From Paludibacteraceae bacterium (GTDB lineage Bacteria > Bacteroidota > Bacteroidia > Bacteroidales > Paludibacteraceae): 64,000 nucleotides of DNA. Shown in pieces: positions 24,923 to 30,833 of the stretch. The stretch lies in NCBI GenBank assembly GCA_045641145.1, contig JAZUGJ010000073.1, forward strand, positions 12,846 through 76,845, in the 5' to 3' direction. Position 1 is the stretch's first letter; each line of letters opens with the position of its first letter. A program made the position numbers and the translations under genes. Under the pieces are notes generated by a model. It was not told the origin of the DNA and searched no databases. It was given only the letters and a program-made list of their open reading frames with translations.

Positions 24923-26362
24923 TTATGCACACTTGGGGTTCGCATCGAGAACATCCGTGCCGTATCTGTCGTAATTGTACTTACGGAGAACGGCGCAAGC
25001 GACAAACATCATATGCTCACGGACGCTTGTTTTGTCGTAGTCAATCGTGCCGAACTTTGCGAGATTGTGCTGAAGAGCGTTGACCACATCGAACGGGATA
25101 GTACCGCCGTTGACCATAGCACTCATAAGGCGGATGAACACTCGGTTCGTTGCGTGTTTATCGACAACAAACGAGCCGTCCCGATAAGTGCCGTAGGCGT
25201 ACTTTATGATGTCGCTGATGGACGGGGAATCGAAAGTGGTAACATATGTTTCCTTTTTCTTATCCCACACCGCACGATACCAACTGCACTTCTCTTTCCA
25301 GTCACAGACTTTCTTTAAGAAGTCGTATTTCGGAGTTTCAGCGAGGGCGATGATAGAGTCTCTGCCAGTGTTTGCTCTGTAGGAAATGTAGGTCACATTG
25401 TCCTCAATCGTGTTGCGGCGGCAACCGTTAAGGATTTCCCCCAGTTCCCGTCTGTAGTCGGGGAGCGTAGCGCAATGGCTTTCCACAAACTCGCCGGGCA
25501 GACCGATGTTGATGTGTTCGCCGTTGTAGTCCCAAACAAGGGTAACGACATCGTCATAAGTCTTTGCGTAGTTGGTTACTGCCCACTTCAGCAGATTAGC
25601 TGACTTGGATACCGCAACAACGCCAAAGGCGGCATCATCGGCGTTAGGGACACGCATATTGAGCTTTTTGGTAGACTCATTCGAGAACATCGACACGAAA
25701 GAGGGATATTCTCCGTTTTTCGGAAAACCATCGGATGCGATATCCAGTTCCCCAGTGACCTCACAGATGGTCATACGGGATGCAGGGTCGTTTTCGAGCA
25801 GATTTCTGTAATACCGCTCATACACCCGCATAAAGTCCCTATCTTTGTGGGGAAGCGTGTTGCCGATTCTCCAACGGACTAACGACTTGTCGTTGTACAG
25901 TTTGACAGTGTTGCCATCCTTTACCGTGTGAAGTGCGGTAACACCGTCAAGGTCGGAGAGACAAGTGCCGCCCATGACATACTTGTATACCGCATCAACA
26001 ATGGGCGTGGTATATTCCGAATCGTGCCATGCGGAAAGTTTTCCGATATAATCCGCATGGTGAGCAGTTCCCATATCAGCGACACAACGCAACTGGTCTG
26101 CAAAGCCCTTGGCACACACATTACTGGTAACTCGTTCAGAATCACAGGTACAAGGCACGATTGTGTACCTGTCCCAGTTGCCTCTGACATCGGGGACGTG
26201 GACAGCGTTCACAAAATGCCCATCCCAGTCGATTTCGATTTCCAGACTTGCGTGAACCGTAGCGTGGTACACAGGGGCAAGCGGCGACATACCATCGTAG
26301 TACTCGCCGACAATGGATTCCAACTTGTCATAGGAACGGACTGCCTTGCCGATGATGTCCAT
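24923..26362 (-). CDS. cas8c: Cas8c (Csd1)-like large subunit lacking the C-terminal small-subunit domain
   Basis: Start at ATG 26362 after AAAGGAAG. 479 aa. The layout follows Csd1: MDIIGKAVRSYDKL, RYTIVPCTCDSERVTSNV, SFVSMFSNES..NADDAAFGVVAVSKSANLL, NVTYISYRANTGRDSI, RLMSAMVNGGTIPFDVV, ACAVLRKYNYDRYGTDVLDAN-stop. Similarity was judged from the remembered family consensus. Confidence 0.65.
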   Translation of the reverse strand: MDIIGKAVRSYDKLESIVGEYYDGMSPLAPVYHATVHASLEIEIDWDGHFVNAVHVPDVRGNWDRYTIVPCTCDSERVTSNVCAKGFADQLRCVADMGTAHHADYIGKLSAWHDSEYTTPIVDAVYKYVMGGTCLSDLDGVTALHTVKDGNTVKLYNDKSLVRWRIGNTLPHKDRDFMRVYERYYRNLLENDPASRMTICEVTGELDIASDGFPKNGEYPSFVSMFSNESTKKLNMRVPNADDAAFGVVAVSKSANLLKWAVTNYAKTYDDVVTLVWDYNGEHINIGLPGEFVESHCATLPDYRRELGEILNGCRRNTIEDNVTYISYRANTGRDSIIALAETPKYDFLKKVCDWKEKCSWYRAVWDKKKETYVTTFDSPSISDIIKYAYGTYRDGSFVVDKHATNRVFIRLMSAMVNGGTIPFDVVNALQHNLAKFGTIDYDKTSVREHMMFVACAVLRKYNYDRYGTDVLDANPKCA

Positions 26363-26366
26363 GCAG

Positions 26367-26618
26367 TCACTTCCTTTCGCAGTCCAGCCCAAGGGCACGG
26401 AGTTCGTCCACCACGGAGTTATATCCGTCACGCCACTCGGAAGTGGGGATGTCAGCCGCAGAATAGCCGTTTGCGTTTGCGGTGAACAGTGCGTCCATAA
26501 GGATGTTTCCCGCAAGAGCAACCACATCCTCATCCTGTACGCCATAGGTCAGCTTCATGACCGCAAGTACCCGTCCTACTTGATACGAGTTACGGGCGAT
26601 ACGCTCTTTTTCTGTCAT
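26367..26618 (-). CDS. small protein, possible detached Cas11c-like small subunit
   Basis: ATG 26618 after AAAGGAG. 83 aa. It lies 4 nt upstream of the cas8c-like start. The N-terminus ...ARNSYQVGRVLAVMKL resembles the AYxLGRLFAxLE segment that opens the Cas11-like C-terminal domain of canonical Cas8c. Confidence 0.35.
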   Translation of the reverse strand: MTEKERIARNSYQVGRVLAVMKLTYGVQDEDVVALAGNILMDALFTANANGYSAADIPTSEWRDGYNSVVDELRALGLDCERK

Positions 26619-26671
26619 TGTTATTCTCCTTTCATTGTCGGAACACTCGGCACAACGCCTTGTTCTCTTAA

Positions 26672-26700
26672 AGTATACCACCGCCAAAGTGTTGTGTCAA
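26672..26700 (-). promoter_or_regulatory. sigma70-type promoter with extended -10 for the cas operon
   Basis: Minus strand: TTGACA-17 nt-(TGG)TATACT, with an A/T-rich tract upstream. Confidence 0.65.
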
Positions 26701-26720
26701 GTGTTTTTTTTGAAAAGTTT

Positions 26721-27062
26721 TTATTCTGCCACTCTGTAGCTTGTAGCGAGCATATCAATGATTTCGGCAAGGCAATCAATCTGCCCATCCGACATACGCC
26801 CGATAGTAGCAAGGATGCGGACACGCTTTTCCTTTGTGGACTCTCTGCGGAAACTGACCTCGGTCTTTTCATCCTCGGCAAAGTAATCCATGCCGATGCC
26901 GATAAACTCGCAGTACTTTGCAAGGGTGTTGTAACTGGGGTTGCGTTTGCCGTTTTCCAGAAGCGAGATGCCGTTCTGGTGGATACCAAGTTCCCTCATG
27001 ATATCGTACTGGGAAAGCCCTCTGTCGATGCGCAGTTTACGCAGTTTCTCGTTCACGGTCAT
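26721..27062 (-). CDS. XRE-family HTH transcriptional regulator
   Basis: MTVNEKLRKLRIDRGLSQYDIMRELGIHQNGISLLENGKRNPSYNTLAKY is a canonical Cro/CI-type HTH. Confidence 0.8.
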   Translation of the reverse strand: MTVNEKLRKLRIDRGLSQYDIMRELGIHQNGISLLENGKRNPSYNTLAKYCEFIGIGMDYFAEDEKTEVSFRRESTKEKRVRILATIGRMSDGQIDCLAEIIDMLATSYRVAE

Positions 27063-27403
27063 CAGCAGTCACCTCTCTCGATTAAATCAGACGGGCTTTC
27101 CACCTTGTCCTCGCACAGAGTAACCATCTCGAAATCCTCGATGGGCAGGTTGACTTCCTTTTTCAGCTTGCCAGAGAAGCCGTCCAAGTTGAATTCTTTC
27201 TCGATAACGGTGGTTACATAGTTGTCGGGAAACCGCTTGTACCATCCCAGAAAATCGTCATTGGTTATTACGCTTCTGATGGCGGCTAAAACATCTGGGG
27301 TAACGGCATAAAACGGAGAGGTATGGTTGCCGCCGCAGACAGGGGTGCGGACAAGGTATAAATCCTTGTATTCCTTGTGGCGGAAAAACTTGAGTGGCTT
27401 CAT
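27062..27403 (-). CDS. hypothetical protein
   Basis: 113-aa ORF that overlaps both flanking genes by 1 nt. Confidence 0.5.
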   Translation of the reverse strand: MKPLKFFRHKEYKDLYLVRTPVCGGNHTSPFYAVTPDVLAAIRSVITNDDFLGWYKRFPDNYVTTVIEKEFNLDGFSGKLKKEVNLPIEDFEMVTLCEDKVESPSDLIERGDC

Positions 27404-27906
27404 CAGCGGTCACCCCCCACGATAAACGGCTCGCCGCCCTTTCTGCGGATGCGGTAGTCCACCTCGACAAGGAAGTGGATGGGACTGGCAGGGACTGTTG
27501 CGCCGTGCAGGTCGGTGAAGTCATCGTCCATGTAGGCGAGGATGTCCTTGCAGTCGGCTTCGTCCAGAACGGACATACCGTCCAAGAGCTTGCCGAAGCG
27601 GAAAGCCTCTGGGTTCACCACCTCGTAAGAGGCGGCGTTGATGGCGTAGCAAGCCATGAAGAAAACCTTTTCCTTGTTCATAGTATCATTCTCCTTTTTA
27701 GTTTCGGGCATCTCTCTGTTGTACTCTTCGGGTATCTTTCTGTCCCAACACTCTTTGCAGTATAAGCCGCCTAACCAACACAGAGCGAAGTCACAATCGT
27801 GAAACTGCTCGTACCTGTAAATATGGGGACAGGCGAAACATCCACCCACATATTTATCATCCACATACTCTGGGCGTTCCCGTTTCAGTTTTTCTCTAAA
27901 GGTCAT
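27403..27906 (-). CDS. Cys-rich MTFREKLK-family protein, copy D, fused to an extra C-terminal domain
   Basis: Start at ATG 27906 (MTFREKLKRERPEYV...GGCFACP...CKECWDRKIPEE). The reading frame continues about 90 aa further. An internal start at MNKEK is possible. Confidence 0.5.
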   Translation of the reverse strand: MTFREKLKRERPEYVDDKYVGGCFACPHIYRYEQFHDCDFALCWLGGLYCKECWDRKIPEEYNREMPETKKENDTMNKEKVFFMACYAINAASYEVVNPEAFRFGKLLDGMSVLDEADCKDILAYMDDDFTDLHGATVPASPIHFLVEVDYRIRRKGGEPFIVGGDR

Positions 27907-28124
27907 TTCTTTTCCCCTGCCTTTTCGGGCATCTCTCTGTCCCAACATTCTTTACACTTTATCCCAATTGACCAACACATGATGCAGTCGTGTGTGCAAT
28001 TAGGAAGTGTCAGCGGTGCGGAAGACTCGTATCCGTAATCATGCGGGCATAAGTTGCATCCACCCACATATTTACTGCCAACGCACTCTGGGTGTTCCTG
28101 CTTCAGCTTCTCTCTAAAGGTCAT
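27903..28124 (-). CDS. Cys-rich MTFREKLK-family protein, copy C
   Basis: ATG 28124 with an ATGA overlap. MTFREKLKQEHPECV..GGCNLCP..CKECWDREMPE. Confidence 0.55.
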   Translation of the reverse strand: MTFREKLKQEHPECVGSKYVGGCNLCPHDYGYESSAPLTLPNCTHDCIMCWSIGIKCKECWDREMPEKAGEKK

Positions 28125-28333
28125 CTTCTGGCATCCTCTTCTGGCACTTCCCTGTCCCAACAAGCTCTGCACAGCAACCCATCGTTGATTCCGTAATCCC
28201 CTTTCACATCAAGGCAGTGCGCAGGGTAATCAGCCTCGAAACCAAAGGTGACGGGACAGCCGTAGCACCCGCCCATGAACTCGTCACCGACCTCTGCGGG
28301 ATACTTCAGCTTCAGTTTTTCTCTAAAGGTCAT
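28121..28333 (-). CDS. Cys-rich MTFREKLK-family protein, copy B
   Basis: MTFREKLKLKYPAEV..GGCYGCP..CRACWDREVPE. Confidence 0.55.
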   Translation of the reverse strand: MTFREKLKLKYPAEVGDEFMGGCYGCPVTFGFEADYPAHCLDVKGDYGINDGLLCRACWDREVPEEDARR

Positions 28334-28785
28334 TCTTTTTCCCCCTTGTATGGTTCAGGCATCGGCATCCATGCCATACCGTCCACGATTTCACCGTAGC
28401 TCTCAAGGTAACACATACTACCGTCCATTCCAAAAACATCTGACGAAACAAACCCGTTATAGGAAACGAGAATCTCCTGACCGTCATCGGGGAGCTTGCC
28501 GTCAATAATCTCACGGGCTTCGTTCAGTTCCCGCTCCTCATAAGAAGAAGCTTCCCACTCTTCATCGGTCATCTTTCTTATGCGCCACACGTTCCACCCC
28601 ATTACGGTTGGAGCGGCTTCCAGAGCCTTTTCTGCGGCTTCGATGCCGTAGTCTTCCGGGTCTTCCCATACCCATTTGCCAAGTCCGTAGCAGGTTTCTG
28701 CACAGTACATATTGGCTTCATAGTCACCACGCCCATGTAAGGCAACCAGTGCCTCCTTGAGAGCATCTGCATCAATTAGTCTCAT
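28330..28785 (-). CDS. DUF551-like phage protein
   Basis: Start at ATG 28785 (MRLIDADALKEAL). The C-terminus is GMAWMPMPEPYKGE. Confidence 0.5.
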   Translation of the reverse strand: MRLIDADALKEALVALHGRGDYEANMYCAETCYGLGKWVWEDPEDYGIEAAEKALEAAPTVMGWNVWRIRKMTDEEWEASSYEERELNEAREIIDGKLPDDGQEILVSYNGFVSSDVFGMDGSMCYLESYGEIVDGMAWMPMPEPYKGEKE

Positions 28786-28969
28786 CGTCATCCCCCTTTT
28801 CGGGCATCTCCCTGCTCCAGCATTCATGACAGGTGATTGCGTCATTGTCGCATTCGGTGGGTCTTGCGGCTTCGTATCCGAAAACACTCGGACAGCTAAG
28901 ACAGCCACCTCCGAAAACATCGCCAACATATTGAGGATGTTCCTTTGCGAGTCGTTCTCTAAATGTCAT
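28772..28969 (-). CDS. Cys-rich MTFREKLK-family protein, copy A
   Basis: ATG 28969 after GAGGGAG. MTFRERLAKEHPQYV..GGCLSCP..CHECWSREMPE. Confidence 0.55.
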   Translation of the reverse strand: MTFRERLAKEHPQYVGDVFGGGCLSCPSVFGYEAARPTECDNDAITCHECWSREMPEKGDDDETN

Positions 28970-29027
28970 AACACTCCCTCTTACATTCCGGGCATCCATC
29001 AGATGCACTTTTCGTTGCCTGTGCTAT

Positions 29028-29056
29028 TATACTACCACGGGCATTTTCTCTTGTCA
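29028..29056 (-). promoter_or_regulatory. sigma70-type promoter with extended -10
   Basis: Minus strand: TTGACA-17 nt-(TGG)TAGTAT. A TTTCGCAATTTTGCAAAA motif sits just upstream at 29064-29081. Confidence 0.65.
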
Positions 29057-29125
29057 ACCCCCGATTTCGCAATTTTGCAAAATTTTTTTGCGGCAAACTT
29101 TTTTATATGAATTGCAATAAAATTC

Positions 29126-29153
29126 TTGACACATAGAAAAGAAGTGCTATAAT
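29126..29153 (+). promoter_or_regulatory. sigma70-type promoter with extended -10 driving a solitary repeat
   Basis: TTGACA (29126-29131), 16 nt, TGCTATAAT (-10 at 29148-29153). The repeat starts about 13 nt after the predicted TSS. Confidence 0.7.
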
Positions 29154-29172
29154 GTATGTATACCAGTTAAAG

Positions 29173-29204
29173 GTCGCATCCCATGCTGGTGCGTGGATTA
29201 ATAT
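29173..29204 (+). repeat. solitary type I-C-like repeat, plus orientation, with a variant 3' end
   Basis: GTCGCATCCCATGCTGGTGCGTGGATTAATAT. No credible ORF lies downstream, and the terminator at 29257-29300 follows. Confidence 0.75.
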
Positions 29205-29256
29205 GAGGAAGCCCGTGCCTCTCTCGCACAGTACAAGCCGTACAAGACCGTATTGT

Positions 29257-29300
29257 AAAATGCCGCTCTGCAAGGTCAGTTCCCTGCAGGGCGGCATTTT
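29257..29300. terminator. bidirectional intrinsic terminator
   Basis: AAAATGCCGCTCTGCAAGG-loop-CCCTGCAGGGCGGCATTTT. A long imperfect palindrome flanked by A and T runs. A second small hairpin lies at 29306-29325. Confidence 0.65.
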
Positions 29301-29405
29301 ACATTTGTAACACATTTTGTGTTACATCTTTAATTTCCCGACCTCGTCATCGTAGATTGATAATGGCTTGTTGGCTTTCAGTTTTTCCATGCTCTGTTTC
29401 TTGGT

Positions 29406-29438
29406 CTTTTAATCCACACATCCCGTGTGGGATGTGAC
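29406..29438 (-). repeat. solitary type I-C-like CRISPR repeat
   Basis: The minus strand reads GTCACATCCCACACGGGATGTGTGGATTAAAAG. It differs from the leader-proximal array repeat (24743-24775) at 2 positions. Confidence 0.85.
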
Positions 29439-29528
29439 TTCCCGTGTGGAAGTATATCCAACATTTTCACACCATATACACACCGTCCACGAAAAATACT
29501 ACAGACGCTATCTCATACAATGTCATTT

Positions 29529-29711
29529 TCAATCTCCGTTTCTGTCCGTGAGGCTTCGCACTAACTGTACCACACAAAGCACAAGCGAAGCTACGCCCGC
29601 AACCAGAAATGCTACGAGCGCAGTTGCCGACAGTGCCGCCGTAAACGCAATTGCAATCGGGACAAGAAGTACCAAGCCTATGATGCCAAAAAGTATATCC
29701 AGCACTTCCAC
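29529..29711 (-). CDS. small membrane protein
   Basis: 60 aa, GTG start after AGGTGA. Two hydrophobic helices (ILFGIIGLVLLVPIAIAF..LVAFLVAGVASLVLCVV). Confidence 0.45.
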   Translation of the reverse strand: MEVLDILFGIIGLVLLVPIAIAFTAALSATALVAFLVAGVASLVLCVVQLVRSLTDRNGD

Positions 29712-29714
29712 ACT

Positions 29715-29918
29715 TCACCTGCCGTTTTTGATTTGCTCAAGTCTGGGACGGCACACAGCGAGAATGGTCTCCGCAACCTCAATCGCCGTCTTTAGGTCAA
29801 GGTCAATCTCCGCCACAGAACACCCATCTTTCACGACCAGCGATAATTCATCGCCAGTCATCACCACTTCAATAGCCTCGCCGTCATCGTAGTCCCATCT
29901 GTCAGAACGAACCATCAT
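29715..29918 (-). CDS. hypothetical protein
   Basis: 67 aa, with a strong RBS AAAGGAG before ATGATG. Confidence 0.5.
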   Translation of the reverse strand: MMVRSDRWDYDDGEAIEVVMTGDELSLVVKDGCSVAEIDLDLKTAIEVAETILAVCRPRLEQIKNGR

Positions 29919-29953
29919 AACACTCCTTTCATTGTGCCTTGCTTATATGCCCT

Positions 29954-30041
29954 CTGTACGCCCTCTGTGCGCCGTTTTCCAGTTAGCAATATAAAATTAC
30001 ACTCCATGTGCTACAAAACGCCTGTACGCCCTCTGTGCGCC
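29954..30041. repeat. pair of 20-nt perfect direct repeats flanking a weak promoter
   Basis: CTGTACGCCCTCTGTGCGCC occurs at 29954-29973 and at 30022-30041. Between them, the minus strand reads TTGTAG-17 nt-TATATT (30016..29988). Confidence 0.5.
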
Positions 30042-30087
30042 CTGTATGAGCGTTTTAGTGTAACGGCACACCTAACACGCTGTTTCA

Positions 30088-30119
30088 GAAAAAAGAACAG
30101 GGCGGCATTTCTGCCGCCC
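30088..30119 (-). terminator. intrinsic terminator
   Basis: Minus strand: GGGCGGCA-GAAA-TGCCGCCC followed by TGTTCTTTTTT, 10 nt after the stop at 30130. Confidence 0.65.
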
Positions 30120-30129
30120 ACCCTGCGCT

Positions 30130-30690
30130 TTAGAACTCAAAGGGGAACAGGGACTCGCCGTCCTCGTTGAGGCACTTGTAGGTGCGCAGGATAGTGCCAA
30201 TCCGCTGGTCGTAGGACTTCACGGAAACCTTGTCGTAAGCCCAAGAACCGACAAGGTGGCGGTTTCCCTTGCCCATGTAGTCGCCACCGCCCAGACCGTT
30301 ACCGACAGCGGTCAGCATAACGAGGGGGGAGTAGCCGCCGCAGGTAAGGAAAACATATTCCTTGCGGTCATGGTTGACAGCAATCTCGGCAAAGGGCATG
30401 CCAGTCTTGACGGTCACGATTTCCGTTGCGTTCTTGCAGAAAGAACGAGCTACGGGAGTACCCATCTTCTCGGCGGCAGAACCGCCGCTCTCCGGGTGGG
30501 CGTAATCGCCGATGGTGGCGATGCGGACAGGCTTGCCAGCCTCGTGTACGAAGTTCGTGAGAGCGTTCGAGAACTGGAGGTTGGTGGCTATCTCGCACAG
30601 CTTGAGGCCAACCCAGTCACCGTTGATGACATCAGGCATGGTGTAGCGGGTAGTGCCGTTCTTGACGATAGTGAAGTAATACTGTCCCAT
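30130..30690 (-). CDS. hypothetical protein
   Basis: 186-aa ORF with a strong RBS AAAGGAG and its own promoter. Confidence 0.55.
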   Translation of the reverse strand: MGQYYFTIVKNGTTRYTMPDVINGDWVGLKLCEIATNLQFSNALTNFVHEAGKPVRIATIGDYAHPESGGSAAEKMGTPVARSFCKNATEIVTVKTGMPFAEIAVNHDRKEYVFLTCGGYSPLVMLTAVGNGLGGGDYMGKGNRHLVGSWAYDKVSVKSYDQRIGTILRTYKCLNEDGESLFPFEF

Positions 30691-30753
30691 GGTTATTCTC
30701 CTTTAAGTAAACAGATTTAATTTGGTATCGAGCCACTTGCTCGGTACAAGTAT

Positions 30754-30782
30754 AATATACCATGCCATGTACCGCTTGTCAA
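30754..30782 (-). promoter_or_regulatory. sigma70-type promoter with extended -10
   Basis: Minus strand: TTGACA-17 nt-(TGG)TATATT. Confidence 0.65.
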
Positions 30783-30833
30783 CACTTTTTGTAAAAAAAT
30801 TTATTTCTTAATTGTTCCTATATTTTGAGCAAA

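Noticed and set aside
27403-27680. Splitting ORF 27403-27906 into two genes at the internal MNKEK start.
   Set aside because: No stop codon separates the halves, and the sequence upstream of that ATG (GAAACTAAAAAGGAGAATGATACT) could serve as an RBS. I cannot decide by eye between a fusion and two genes. It is reported as one CDS with a note.
29103-29315. 70-aa minus-strand ORF, and a 35-codon plus-strand ORF starting at ATG 29203.
   Set aside because: Both lie across the promoter-repeat-terminator unit. Neither has an RBS, and both have odd composition. The RNA-element interpretation explains the region better.
30693-30745. The 5' UTR of gene 30690 (minus strand): GTACCGAGC-AAGT-GGCTCG-ATACCAAATTAAATC, a hairpin plus an AATTAAA tail.
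   Set aside because: Only the general shape (stem-loop plus an A/T tail) is shared with the repeat. Sequence identity is low.
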